Shown: positions 27,044 to 41,265, counted from the whole stretch's first letter. The stretch is 62,940 nt of DNA, filler included, from Octopus bimaculoides (GCF_001194135.2; 6 parts of 6 records of this genome joined end to end with filler, not necessarily neighbours in it), one strand, 5' to 3'. Notes: a model not told the origin generated them from the letters alone. Numbers and translations: made by a program.

Positions 27044-27625
27044 GTGCCGTACCATATTATAATATTTCATATTATATTGTATTATATTATATCATATCAT
27101 GTCATATGTGATACACTCGCGCACCGCCTACATTCAGACATGTTCCAGTTTTTATGATAGTCAATGATGTCAGTGATTTTTTCAGTTTATGTTATTATTA
27201 TTATTTTCCTTTTGTTTAGTGTGTGTGAATTCTGATGTATTGTCGAGAGGAACTTGCTAATGTAGGCGTAAGTCTTTCTTTTGCTTCAATTGTGTAATAC
27301 TATAAGGGAATGCATTGGCGTTAGCAAGCAGAGGAAATAACGTTACAATGTGACGACTGTCGAAAATTCTGTCTGTTCTTCAGAGTGAAATATAAGATGT
27401 TTCATTCTCTATATAATTTGTATAAATATAGTATCAAATTTAATTGAAAGCGCAGACATCTGTGTAATGCGATGCTATATTGTTATACTTTCGAATATGC
27501 AATTATTATGAGTGAGTTTTATACGTGTGTTTTTTCATCCTTAATAGTCCAAAATCCGAAGTTTCATTTCTTCTTTCTTTTCTTCTGTATATTTGTCATA
27601 CACCAAATCTCGATTATATTTATTG

Positions 27626-27633
27626 AATAATAA

Positions 27634-27703
<70 letters not shown>

Positions 27704-27813
27704 TACAACAGTAATAACAATAATAACAACAATAATAATAAATACTAATAATAATAATTAATGATAATAATTAATGATAATAATAATTAATAATAATAAT
27801 AATTAATGATAAT

Positions 27814-27856
<43 letters not shown>

Positions 27857-27901
27857 TAATGATAATAATAATTAATAATAGTAATAATAATAATTATTAT
27901 T
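27626..27901. repeat. Long interrupted (AAT)n microsatellite
   Basis: Read directly from the sequence. Confidence 0.97.
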
Positions 27902-28349
27902 AAGAGAGAGAGCAATGCATGTCATCAACGTGACACAGAGTTAAATATATGAAACCCACTCTACCCAGAATAATTACCCGTCTAAACCATGACTACACCA
28001 GGTACGTGCAACACAACTGTATGTGCACGACAAGATGACGATGAAGGTGGAGCACAGTTAGAATTTACTTCAGGATGAGTAGCGCATTCCGATCAAAAGA
28101 TCTATGAACAGGGGCTGTTTAAGGATATGGAATGAAACACCCATATTTCCAAAAGTGAGTTATCCAAAACCCAAAGAATTCCTCTCAACACATGGCTATG
28201 AAGCTCCTCTACTGCTTCTGCTTGATTTCAGAGTTGTACATATCGTCAATCATTAAAATCTGTGGTATTGAACAGAATATTTGATGGCGCATCTTTTCTA
28301 TCAAGACAAAGTACTATTATTGTTATTATTACTATTATTATTATTATTG

Positions 28350-28648
28350 TTCAGTAGTTTTATTTTTATAACGTGCTTTCACTTCACTACCGAGCGCAGC
28401 TCTGTGCGCCTTGGGTATGTGCTGTGGTGCTCTTATGTTTACTGTATTGAAAGTGTTTTGCGTAGAATGTGTGCAGCACCCAGTAGTGCAATTTTCTGTA
28501 TGTTATATATATTTGTAAGTCCTGGTGTTTTTGTTATGTATTTGTCTGAATATTTTTTTATTATACCTAAGGCACCTACTATGATAGGAATTGTTTCTGT
28601 GTTTAGACTCCACATTCGACTTATCTCTATTTCCAGGTCTTTGTATTT
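28350..28648 (-). mobile_element. R4/Dong 3' end, second young copy
   Basis: Encodes KYKDLEIEISRMWSLNTETIPIIVGALGIIKKYSD.... It is nearly identical to 7463-7724, differing by a few substitutions and a 10-bp indel. It ends in a degenerate (TAA)n tract at 28316-28349 and is cut by an assembly join. Confidence 0.9.
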
Positions 28649-29263
28649 NNNNNNNNNNNNNNNNNNNNNNNNNNNNNNNNNNNNNNNNNNNNTTAATTAA
28701 TTAANNNNNNNNNNNNNNNNNNNNNNNNNNNNNNNNNNNNNNNNNNNNTATATATATATATATATATATATATATACGAGATAGATATAATAGACTACGT
28801 ATATTGAATTGCTTACATACATAATCACATTATGATTTACAATAGCAGGATGTCAAGAAGCGAAACCACAAGGCGGTGGGACGGAATATGATAAAAGGAA
28901 GCGGATGTCATTATGTGGTCACCGTTGACCACTTCGGACAAACGGAAATGATAGAGATTCAACTGGACATTATATCAAACTCATTCCCAACATGATTAAC
29001 TGAATAACTTTCCATGCTTGGATGTTTGCTTGTACATGATTACATGAGTGTGTGCGAATGTGTTTGCGTGTATGTGTATGTGTTTGTGTGTGTAGACATG
29101 CATACATGTAGAGAAAGAAGGACAGAAAGAGAGAGAGAGATGTGGGTCGAGAGGAAGGGAGGGGAAGGGAGAGAGACGGGATGTCTTTATTGAATATATG
29201 AGCCTAAATGGCATTAATATTAATAAATGGTTAGTAAGAAAAGATGACAAATAACCATTCTTC

Positions 29264-29306
<43 letters not shown>

Positions 29307-29636
29307 CGTTTATACATACATTCACACACACACACACACACGCCCATATATATATACTTACATACATTCTTATATACATGTATCTATACACACACATATG
29401 TACACATACATATATACGTATAAATTTACATATACGCGATGTATGTGTGCGTATGCATATATATATATATATAGATAGATAGATACATTTCTTTTATTAG
29501 ACAGACAGATAGATAGATAGATAGATAGGTAGATGGGTAGATAGATACTATATCTTTGTGTATGCTTGTGTGCTTTTATGTGTGGACAGTGACGGAGAGT
29601 CATTGCGTCGGAGCATCTTATATATGTATGCATGTA

Positions 29637-29714
<78 letters not shown>

Positions 29715-29777
29715 CATTTGGATATATAATACATATATATACATGTATGTATGTATATATTTGTGTGTGTGTATGAG

Positions 29778-29815
<38 letters not shown>

Positions 29816-30271
29816 TATAATCTCGCAGATAAATAGATGGATTTAAAGATATAATTGACAAGACAGGCAGACGAGTTACATAAATGGACAGATAGATTAG
29901 TAGGTAGGTAGGTAGGTAGGTACATAGACAGACAGGCAGATAGACTGACAGAAAGACAGACAGGCAAACAGATACAGATTGACAGACTGAGAGACAGATA
30001 GACACTGGAATAGAAAAAGTGAGATATATTTTGAAGCAGATATTTCGATAGGTAAAGAAAGTGCTGTACCTGACTGTAAATACCTATACCTAACTGTGAA
30101 TATACAAAGAGAGGTATGTCGGTAGACAGAGAAATTTGGGAGAGTTGTCTTAGAGTGCAATCTGGATCCTCCGGCACCATTCATTTAAATAAATATTATT
30201 GCATTCTATCTAAAATATTTATGCGTTGGTTTGGCTTAATTTGTATTTCATACTAGAAAAAACATGAATTT

Positions 30272-30317
<46 letters not shown>

Positions 30318-30451
30318 TGTATCTGTCTGTCTGTGTCAGTATGCTTCTCTCTGTTTCTCTCTGTCTCTCTGTCACTCTCTGTATATCTGTTTGTATGNNN
30401 NNNNNNNNNNNNNNNNNNNNNNNNNNNNNNNNNNNNNNNNNNNNNNNNNNN

Positions 30452-30496
<45 letters not shown>

Positions 30497-30599
30497 CGTA
30501 TATTCTTTTCATTGCCTAGGCTTTCGTGTGATTATATTTTTAGTTAATAAGTAAATCTACTGAATAGAATTTGTGTTTTGCCCTAGCATGCAAGTATTG

Positions 30600-31143
30600 T
30601 GTGTATGGGTGTGTCTATACGTGTATGTATGTATTTATGCATATATATATATATGTGTATGTATGTATGTATATATGTGTATGTATGTATGTATATATGT
30701 GTATGTATGTATGTATATATGTGTATGTATGTATGTATATATGTGTATGTATGTATGTATATATATGTATGTATGTATATATATGTATGTATGTATATGT
30801 ATGTATGTATGTATATGTATGTATGTATGTATATATATGTATGTATGTATGTATATATATGTATGTATGTATATATATGTATGTATGTATGCATATATAT
30901 GTATGTATATGTATGTATGTATATATATATGTATGTATGTATGTATGTATATGTATATATATATCTATGTATGTATATGTATATATATATCTATGTATGT
31001 ATATATATATATGTATGTATGTATGTATATATATATATGTATGTATGTATGTATATATATATCTATGTATGTATATGTATATATATATCTATGTATGTAT
31101 ATGTATATATATATCTATGTATGTATATATATATGTATGTATG

Positions 31144-31180
<37 letters not shown>
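30600..31180. repeat. Compound (TATG)n/(TA)n microsatellite; similar tracts at 11140-11310, 47150-47400 and 53341-53450
   Basis: Read directly from the sequence. Confidence 0.97.
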
Positions 31181-31826
31181 TATGTTTGTATACATACATT
31201 TTCATTCAAGCATGTATATACTTGCTCGAATGTGTGCAAATTTGATGCGTGCTGTGAGATTCGCACGGAAACGTTCGTGAGCGTATGCCTTTAAGTATGC
31301 ATATGTGTACATATGTACGAATGTGTGTGTCTGTGTATACAGAGTAAGTGTGTGATACTGGCTACATATGTTCATTATTTTGAAAGAAGCCATGTCCTAC
31401 TTCCATAACCGCTCTTCCAACAAAATAAACAAGCCTACGTATATTTACATATATATTCGCCAGTTGTCCTCTCATTTAGACTGCCCTAACCTAAATACCT
31501 GTTTTGCAGCTTCGTTATAGTTTTTATTTAAGATATATCAATGTACCCAGATGCTCAGACATCCTTATGCCATGGAGGCAATATGCATACGAACGATCTG
31601 TTTAATACACGTGCGGAGAAAACCTTAAGCAATTCTGCAGACGTCTTGTATGCATGTGTGTATGCATGTGTGTATGCATGTGAGATACCACATGTGCGTC
31701 TCATATTCTAATGAGTTTATATACTGGTATAATCATTCTTAAATGAGTTATCTGCGAAACCAATGTAACATATATTAAATGTACCGTTATAGTTTGTTTC
31801 TTTTTCAGTTGTAGTAGCCTAATACA

Positions 31827-32207
31827 GGAGGCGCAATGGCCCAGTGGTTAGCGCAGCGGACTCGCGGTTATAGGATCCCGGTTTCGATTCCCAGACTGGG
31901 CGTTGTGAGTGTTTATTGAACGAAAACACCTAAAGCTCCACAAGGCTCCGGCAGGGGATGGTAGCGAACCCTGTTGTACTCTTCCACCACAACTTTCTCT
32001 CACTCTTACTTCATGTTTCTGTTGTGCCTGTAATTCAAAGGGGTTAGCCTTGTCACACTGTGTCACGCTGAATATCCCCGAGAACTACGTTAAGGGTGCA
32101 CGTGTCTGTGGAGTGCTCAGCCACTTGCACGTTAATTTCACGAGCAGGCTGTTCTGTTGATCGGATCAACTGGAACCCTCGACATCGTAAGCGACGGAGT
32201 GCCAACA
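31827..32207 (+). mobile_element. tRNA-derived SINE with a distinct head and the family D tail; 5' part repeated at 39451-39630
   Basis: Head GGCGCAATGGCCCAGTGGTTAGCGCAGCGG...GGTTTCGATTCCC. The 3' ~170 bp match 56925-57096. Confidence 0.8.
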
Positions 32208-32590
32208 GCATATCTATATACATAGATATACGTATGTATATCTATGTATATGCATATACATGTATATGTACACCTAATTCTTATTCCATTTGCTTTTGCC
32301 GATATTGTTGTTGCAGCAATTTTAGTTAAATCCCACTTCAACCCTAGCTGAAAATACCTATGCTGACAGCCACTCCAGTCGTGACTAACCTGTTCGTTTA
32401 ATTATATCCGGTTTTACTGTTAGCTGCATGTTTGTCTTTGACTAGATTTAAGACGATACAACGTGATTCACGAGAGATTTGGTAGCAGATTCTGAAAGAT
32501 GAAGCGAGCACGTTGGGGAAGCCTCGTTCATTCATGTGACGCTGCAGTTGTCGATACAAGGCCGTAGTTGTTGTTGTCGGGATTATTATT

Positions 32591-32635
<45 letters not shown>

Positions 32636-32959
32636 GCTACTGCTACAGGTGTGGTAATGCAGCTAAAGCTGCTGCTGCTGTTGCAGGTGTCATGCTCGTT
32701 TCTGTTGCGACTCAAACCCGGAAGTAATTCGAGACAACCTCAGCAACAGCAGACATCAAAGATACTGAATAATAATAATAATAATAATAATAATTATTAT
32801 TATTATTATTATTATTATTATAAAAAGAAGGGGAGGAGGAGATGATGATGAAGAATAAGAAGTACTACCAATAAACGATGCTAAAATGTGCAGTACAAAT
32901 GTGATTCTATACCTGTTTGCTAATGTAGCTGTACAATTATGTTACATACAAGTGCACGT

Positions 32960-33026
<67 letters not shown>

Positions 33027-33172
33027 AGCACAGACACACAAGCACACACAAATGATACCTATAAGTTCGCGCACGTGCCTACACATAGGCGTGTGCGTGA
33101 ATGTATATTTATATAATATATATATTCTGATTCTGTCTCTCTCGTGAGTGTATATACATATATATATATATC

Positions 33173-33217
33173 ACGGCGGTGCATCAGCATGGCCGCAGCT
33201 CTAAGCTGAAACTATAA
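33173..33217 (+). mobile_element. Tail-only retroposon fragment (also 35794-35845 + and 34655-34709 -)
   Basis: GGCGGTGC..CAGCATGGCC.CAG..CTGAAAC matches the family A 3' tail. Confidence 0.65.
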
Positions 33218-33257
33218 AAAACAAAAAAAATATACATATACACACGCATATATATAG

Positions 33258-33313
<56 letters not shown>

Positions 33314-33326
33314 GTATGTGTATATA

Positions 33327-33477
33327 GGCGCAGGAGTGGCTGTGTGGTAAGAAGCTTGCTTCCCAACCATATCGTTTCGGGTTCTGTCCCACTGCGTGGC
33401 ATCTTCTCCTATAGCTTCGGGCCGACCAAAGCCTTGTGAGTGGATTTGCAAGACTGAAACTGAAAGAAGCCCATCGT
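33327..33477 (+). mobile_element. SINE family A head/body; a further head fragment at 35246-35305
   Basis: GGCGCAGGAGTGGCTGTGTGGTAAGAAGCTTGCTTCCCAACC...GGGTTCTGTCCCA shows pol III A-box and B-box. It is followed by a TA/TG tract. Confidence 0.85.
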
Positions 33478-34721
33478 ATATATATAGATATATATGTGTG
33501 TGTGTGTATGTGCATGTACACATACATGTGTGCGTATGTGTGTGTGTGTGTGTGTGTGTGTGTTTCGTGTTACGAATGCTTCAGCTGAGGAAGGTTTATG
33601 CAATAGGTGCATTGGCTATTATACATTTCTGAAACATGAAACACGCATATTAAACGATTTGAACATACGAATATTACTCATTGGTTTCACCTCATTATTA
33701 CAATTGTTATGTCTACCGATCCTGAATGGGATCTGATGCGAGTTGTCTCGCTTGTTTATGACTTCCACGTACGCCTATAAGAGCACTATGCCCACGAACC
33801 AGCAAAACGCATAGCTTGTGCATGTGTGTTCAATACCAACACAGGTAGCTTGTTTGAATTAGTTCACTTTGAAACGTAAGTGACGAGCTCTTGATGAAAA
33901 TGTAGCAACTAGAAAGCATAATTGCCTGCAGAGCAATGTGCAGCTGCTGCAATTAAAGTATATGTTGGCCATTATTTTATATGTATATATNNNNNNNNNN
34001 NNNNNNNNNNNNNNNNNNNNNNNNNNNNNNNNNNNNNNNNNNNNNNNNNNNNNNNNNNNNNNNNNNNNNNNNNNNNNNNNNNNNNNNNNNNNNNNNNNNN
34101 NNNNNNNNNNNNNNNNNNNNNNNNNNNNNNNNNNNNNNNNNNNNNNNNNNNNNNNNNNNNNNNNNNNNNNNNNNNNNNNNNNNNNNNNNNNNNNNNNNNN
34201 NNNNNNNNNNNNNNNNNNNNNNNNNNNNNNNNNNNNNNNNNNNNNNNNNNNNNNNNNNNNNNNNNNNNNNNNNNNNNNNNNNNNNNNNNNNNNNNNNNNN
34301 NNNNNNNNNNNNNNNNNNNNNNNNNNNNNNNNNNNNNNNNNNNNNNNNNNNNNNNNNNNNNNNNNNNNNNNNNNNNNNNNNNNNNNNNNNNNNNNNNNNN
34401 NNNNNNNNNNNNNNNNNNNNNNNNNNNNNNNNNNNNNNNNNNNNNNNNNNNNNNNNNNNNNNNNNNNNNNNNNNNNNNNNNNNNNNNNNNNNNNNNNNNN
34501 NNNNNNNNNNNNNNNNNNNNNNNNNNNNNNNNNNNNNNNNNNNNNNNNNNNNNNNNNNNNNNNNNNNNNNNNNNNNNNNNNNNNNNNNNNNNNNNNNNNN
34601 NNNNNNNNNNNNNNNNNNNNNNNNNNNNNNNNNNNNNNNNNNNNNNNNNNGTTCTCCCGAGAGTTCATATCATTCTGACGCCACGCTGGAGCACCACCTT
34701 CAGCTCTGCATTCATCTAAAG

Positions 34722-34800
34722 TAGTGATTCCCAAACATTGTCGGGCTGCTGCCCCTTTGCCACCCAGACCACATTCCTTGTGCCACCGCCCACACTGACC
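34722..34800 (+). mobile_element. hAT/Charlie-like MITE end (second example 39885-39925, minus)
   Basis: TAGTGATTCCCAAAC and CAGTGGGTCTCAACTGGGATCC resemble Charlie-type CAGTGGTTC(C/T)CAA(A)C termini. No partner TIR was found. Confidence 0.4.
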
Positions 34801-34897
34801 ACCCAAACACAGACCACTTTCTGCAGCAAATGCGAAACAACTTCACATTATTTCACAAATAAAACTTCACCTAATTAACAAATTATTTGGGGGTCTC

Positions 34898-34950
<53 letters not shown>

Positions 34951-35732
34951 TACATAAATACATATATATATATGTATATACATACATACATACATATATA
35001 TACATATATAATATTAATACATTTCTTTTATTAGCCACACAGGGCTCAACAAAGATACATACATACATAGGTAGATAGATGTGTATGAATGTATGCATGT
35101 ATACGTGAGTCGGTTTAAGAATACGTACATGTAAATACATTCTATATATATTATGTATATATTATACATATATATATACGCACACACACACACACGCACA
35201 CACGCGCGCGCGCACATGATTTCACTATACACGTCTATATGTGTAGCAGGCGTGGCTGTGTGTTTTAAAATGTTGCTTCCCAACCACTGTACTTCGTTTA
35301 AATGTNNNNNNNNNNNNNNNNNNNNNNNNNNNNNNNNNNNNNNNNNNNNNNNNNNNNNNNNNNNNNNNNNNNNNNNNNNNNNNNNNNNNNNNNNNNNNNN
35401 NNNNNNNNNNNNNNNNNNNNNNNNNNNNNNNNNNNNNNNNNNNNNNNNNNNNNNNNNNNNNNNNNNNNNNNNNNNNNNNNNNNNNNNNNNNNNNNNNNNN
35501 NNNNNNNNNNNNNNNNNNNNNNNNNNNNNNNNNNNNNNNNNNNNNNNNNNNNNNNNNNNNNNNNNNNNNNNNNNNNNNNNNNNNNNNNNNNNNNNNNNNN
35601 NNNNNNNTCGGAATTTTTTTTTTCTGAAAATAAAGCTCTACAATTGTATTTGTTCCCTCTGTGTGCAGCCCTGTGTAGCCAACAAAAGAAAGTTATCTAT
35701 CTATCCACATACCTATCTATCTATCTATCTTT

Positions 35733-35774
<42 letters not shown>

Positions 35775-36767
35775 TATATATATATATATATTAAATGGCG
35801 GTGCCCCAGCATGGCCACAGCTCATGAGCTGAAACTACTAGATAAAATGAAATAAAATTATATATATATATATATATATCTTTCTGTCTATCTACCTATC
35901 TCTCTTCCTTCTGTTTATCTATCTATCTATCTATCTATCTATCCATATATACGTATGTCTGTGCGTGCATTTCTATAAACGTGACAATGTATGTATACAT
36001 ATAAGTGCACGCATGTATATTGACAGCATTATTAACGATTGATATCACAAATTTAGTCACAATTACTCATACTAATATACTGTTTAGGCTTACTACCCTC
36101 TACAAACCAACAAACCATCAAAGCAAAGAGCCGTTCCCTCAATCTGTTTGTATTTTCGCCCGAATTACTCCCCGTCCGACACAGCCTCTGTGACGTTATA
36201 CGCCACATATGAAACAACCAATCAAATAAGAGGGATGAAATCTATGGATTTGAATTCTGACATGATTCTTAAACCGATGATGACACACAGCGTGATTCCA
36301 TACGCCGATGTCAGAACGGTTAATGGATATATAAACACACACACACACACACANNNNNNNNNNNNNNNNNNNNNNNNNNNNNNNNNNNNNNNNNNNNNNN
36401 NNNNNNNNNNNNNNNNNNNNNNNNNNNNNNNNNNNNNNNNNNNNNNNNNNNNNNNNNNNNNNNNNNNNNNNNNNNNNNNNNNNNNNNNNNNNNNNNNNNN
36501 NNNNNNNNNNNNNNNNNNNNNNNNNNNNNNNNNNNNNNNNNNNNNNNNNNNNNNNNNNNNNNNNNNNNNNNNNNNNNNNNNNNNNNNNNNNNNNNNNNNN
36601 NNNNNNNNNNNNNNNNNNNNNNNNNNNNNNNNNNNNNNNNNNNNNNNNNNNNNNNNNNNNNNNNNNNNNNNNNNNNNNNNNNNNNNNNNNNNNNNNNNNN
36701 NNNNNNNNNNNNNNNNNNNNNNNNNNNNNNNNNNNNNNNNNNNNNNNNNNNNNNNNNNNNNCGCACG

Positions 36768-36805
<38 letters not shown>

Positions 36806-36904
36806 TATGTGTTTGTATGTATGTATTATGTAGGTTCGTATATATATATACGCACATATATATATATACAATTATACATATATATATCTATATATATATA
36901 TATT

Positions 36905-36938
<34 letters not shown>

Positions 36939-37253
36939 CATGTTTGAGTGTGTGTATTGTATATGTGTTTGTATGCCTGTGAGTGTGTATCTGTGTGTGT
37001 AATCATGTATGTGTGTATACACGAATATTTGTATTTCTATATATGTATATCTGTTGTTTTATGTGTGCGTCGTGTGTGTATCTCTGTGAGTATATATCAT
37101 TGTTGCTTATATATAAGAATACATTCATATATACGTGTGTATACATTTGCAAGTATTTTAAATTTAACACTAGTTATAAACTTTATATTGCAGTGTTTTC
37201 TTGCATCCATTTCCATGTATGTATAAGTATATATATATATATATATATATACG

Positions 37254-37300
<47 letters not shown>

Positions 37301-37304
37301 GCAG

Positions 37305-37349
<45 letters not shown>

Positions 37350-37470
37350 GTACATATATGTGCGTGAGTGAGCTTATGCACCCACACAAATATACATGTA
37401 AGATGTAGGAAATATATATTCGCATATGATCATTACCTATATCCGTATGTGTGTGTGTATATACATTTAA

Positions 37471-37512
<42 letters not shown>

Positions 37513-37828
37513 GTGTATATATATATGAATGCGTATATATATGTTTATGCTTGTGATCAAGCGTATGTGTGTGTTTAGGTTGGTGTGTGTGTGTGTGTGT
37601 GTGTGTGTAAGTATTGATTTATGGAATAATGTAATCGATGCATGCAACGATTGTGAAATAAATTGGTTCCGATATTTGATATTTCATATCGTGACATGTG
37701 TATATTTTATATACAATGTGGGTACATAGACTTCTACGTATTATATGGCATTTCATAAACACGCGCATGTGTATGCGCACATGTGCCCCTAGGAATATTC
37801 AACTCTCTGCGTATTATCTCTCTCTCTC

Positions 37829-37861
<33 letters not shown>

Positions 37862-37874
37862 GTATGTGTGCGTG

Positions 37875-37907
<33 letters not shown>

Positions 37908-37942
37908 GCATATATATATGCATATATATGATTATATATATA

Positions 37943-37983
<41 letters not shown>

Positions 37984-38734
37984 GCACACACACATGGGTA
38001 TTGATATAACATTATCAGGATTTCAGTGATAAGATTTCTTATATTCAAAGTTTGTTATTCGATATATCGATGGGTATAATGTGTTTTCTCATATATATGT
38101 GTGTTTGTGTGTTTGTGTGTCTATACGTCTGTGTGAGAGTATGCGTGTGATTGTAAGTGTTTGTGTGTGTGTGTGTGTGTGTGTGTTAGATGCAAAACTA
38201 TTATTTTAATGAGTATTGGAGTATTGAAATACGTGTATTGATAAGTATACCTTGGCGGCTGCTCGACACTATGTGTGTGTGCAATTCTGTGTGTGTGCGT
38301 ACGTGTGTGTATGCTTGTGTCTGTGTATTTGTATGTGTGTATATATATATATATATGTAGGCATAGTATCTTTCGATATATATATATATATATATAATGC
38401 TATATATATATATATATATATGGTACATTAATAAACTATATACTTAAATATATTTCAAAAGTCTTCATCACTCAGCTTTGAGGTGGATAATGTTGCTCTC
38501 GTAACTAACTACTCCTGTAAGGCAATTTTGCAAGTACTATGGGTGTTTGGAATTCGGAGATGTGTTGTTGGTATTTTCAGGGCACATTAGTCGAGGCCTC
38601 AGTTCATAAAAGAGTAGTTGCTCCCACAGCGAGCGAATGGCATAAGGATATGCATATGTATAACTACACACATTTCTGTGTGTGATAGGGTATGCGCGTG
38701 AGGATGTGTGAGTGAGAGAATTTCTGTGTGCGCG

Positions 38735-38808
<74 letters not shown>

Positions 38809-40621
38809 NNNNNNNNNNNNNNNNNNNNNNNNNNNNNNNNNNNNNNNNNNNNNNNNNNNNNNNNNNNNNNNNNNNNNNNNNNNNNNNNNNNNNNNNNNNN
38901 NNNNNNNNNNNNNNNNNNNNNNNNNNNNNNNNNNNNNNNNNNNNNNNNNNNNNNNNNNNNNNNNNNNNNNNNNNNNNNNNNNNNNNNNNNNNNNNNNNNN
39001 NNNNNNNNNNNNNNNNNNNNNNNNNNNNNNNNNNNNNNNNNNNNNNNNNNNNNNNNNNNNNNNNNNNNNNNNNNNNNNNNNNNNNNNNNNNNNNNNNNNN
39101 NNNNNNNNNNNNNNNNNNNNNNNNNNNNNNNNNNNNNNNNNNNNNNNNNNNNNNGTGTGTGTGTGTGTGTTTATATGCATACATATATACATACATTCTC
39201 TTTCTTTCCTTTCCTGAGCGTCCAGTAACACAACATATGTATCACGTCCTCACGTTGTTGTTGTTTTTTTTTTTTGGGGGGGGGGGTTGTCGTTTTTCTT
39301 GTTTGAACTCACTATATGTATTTATGTATATATGGTTATACCCGTATGCTTATGGAAGTATATATGGTTATACCCGTATGCTTATGGAAGTATATACCTG
39401 TGTGCATATATTTTCATACATACCTACATATATGTATACTTCATTAATGTGGAGGTGCAATGGCCCAGTGGTTAGGGCAGCGGACTCGCGGTCGTAGGAT
39501 CGCGGTTTCGATTCCCAGACCGGGCATTATGAGTGCTTATTGAGCAAAACCTCCTATAGCTCCACGAGGACCCGAGAAGGGGTGGTGGCGAACCCTGATG
39601 TACTCTTTCACCACAACTTTCTTTCTTACTACTGACGAAGCTCAAAGAAGGAAAAATTCATATTTGTCAATGCGAACGCCGTTGCAGGACAATTTTCGAT
39701 TACAGCTGATATAACACTGTATTCTGTGCAGGCTGTCAATAGTATAGCTACATTAAGTATGATACCCTGATTGCTACCTATCTACTGACCGACCGATAAA
39801 AGTTGTTGTAACATTTTGTGTATTGTAGAAGTATGAGCAATTTCATTGTACAGAGACTTTAACAAAATCTTATATGTCCCTCCATCTCCCGCAAGGACTA
39901 TATGGATCCCAGTTGAGACCCACTGCTTTATGGTCATCCTTTTAAGTGACAAACCGCTCCGTTGCCCATCAGTACATCAATTCGGCAAGAACCAAATCTT
40001 TTCTGGAGGAACCAACTCTGATTGCAATCTTCATAGGTAACATCGTTTTAGCCTCGGCTGTATAATCTACCGATCGGCAGAAGAAAGTAATGAAAAGAGC
40101 AGCTAACTTTGACACTTTTCCAGGATAAAAGCCTTAGTAGATGATTAGAAAATAACATTGCAGCCTTAAAAATGTTAAGTAATGGATTTTTCTTTTTTAT
40201 CTAGGAAAAGAACTAAATTTTCCGATGAACATTGAAAATATCAGGTTACCTACAAAATATCAGCTCGATATCACGGCCTCAAGCAGGTAGCAGATTGGAG
40301 GGGCATAATTAATAACTTCACGATAGGTAATAGCATAACAGTGAGGATTAGGGCGAAAAAATTGCAGGGCAAGTTAGGCAAGAAACGAAGAGTCACAGTT
40401 TACAAGCCATGAATCGGGATCATTTTAGAGCCTAATGACTATCATGGACAAACACATCACAAAGCGTTCATAACGAATTCAGTGCAGTAGAAAAGAAAAA
40501 GACTTTTGATTGCAGTTCATGATGTTGTTGCTTTGGAAAAAGATAACGTAGAAAACGGGTTGTTTCAACAACACTTGTTTACAAAACGCTTGCACAGGCC
40601 ACAACCGATCATATATATATA

Positions 40622-40820
40622 TATGGGAGATTATACAAAAAATAACAACAGACGAGGACAGGTGGTGTAAATAACAAAAGTATATATTAGTATGACGCTC
40701 GGGAATACGGAAAGTCTTTGACGTTTCGAGCTACGCTCTTCAACAGAAAGAATACGGAGACAAGGAGAAGAGCACGGAGAAAAAAAATTGAATAGTGTTT
40801 AGTCAACGGTCAATCATAAT
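40622..40820 (-). mobile_element. Penelope-type terminal repeat (pLTR) fragment
   Basis: T-rich non-coding segment containing a minimal hammerhead motif ending GAAACGTC. It is bounded by a (TA)n tract and an N-gap. Minimal hammerheads in pLTRs are an established PLE hallmark. Confidence 0.6.
40715..40751 (-). ncRNA. Minimal type I hammerhead ribozyme-like motif (variant core CUGUUGA)
   Basis: The minus strand reads TCTTT-CTGTTGA-A-GAGC-GTA-GCTC-GAAA-CG-TC-AAAGA. This gives stem I TCTTT/AAAGA, stem II GAGC/GCTC, GAAA, a palindromic CG stem III and a GUC cleavage triplet. Confidence 0.6.
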
Positions 40821-40974
40821 NNNNNNNNNNNNNNNNNNNNNNNNNNNNNNNNNNNNNNNNNNNNNNNNNNNNNNNNNNNNNNNNNNNNNNNNNNNNNNNN
40901 NNNNNNNNNNNNNNNNNNNNNNNNNNNNNNNNNNNNNNNNNNNNNNNNNNNNNNNNNNNNNNNNNNNNNNNNNN

Positions 40975-41265
40975 TTGGAAGCCTAGTACTTATTCTATCG
41001 GTCTCTTTTTGCCTAACCGCTAAGTTACGGGGACGTAAACACACCAGCATTGGTTGTCAAGCGATGATGGGGGGACAAACACAGACACACAAACACACAC
41101 ATATATATATATATATATACATATATACGACAGGCTTCTTTCAGTTTCCGTTTACCAAATCCACTCACAAGGCTTTGGTCGGCCCGAAGCTATAGTAGAA
41201 GACACTGAACCCGGAACCATGTGGTTGGTAAGCAAGCTACTTACCACACAGCCACTCCTGCGCCT
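40975..41265 (-). mobile_element. SINE family A, near full length
   Basis: Head, body, internal (TA)/(TG) tract and second half are present, with a small internal deletion near 41200. Confidence 0.85.

Noticed and set aside
31827-31905. tRNA-like sequences with A and B boxes (also 33327, 39451, 56778, 1840)
   Set aside because: They continue into SINE bodies and lack a complete cloverleaf, so they are SINE heads rather than tRNA genes.
39632-39660. CTGACGA-A-GCTC-AAA-GAAG-GAAA as a second hammerhead
   Set aside because: Stem II does not pair, and no stem I, stem III or cleavage triplet can be formed. At most it is a decayed remnant.
39854-40037. AG/GT-bounded 64-aa open segment as an exon
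   Set aside because: It overlaps a hAT-like MITE end on the opposite strand (39885-39925), and the peptide is not convincing.
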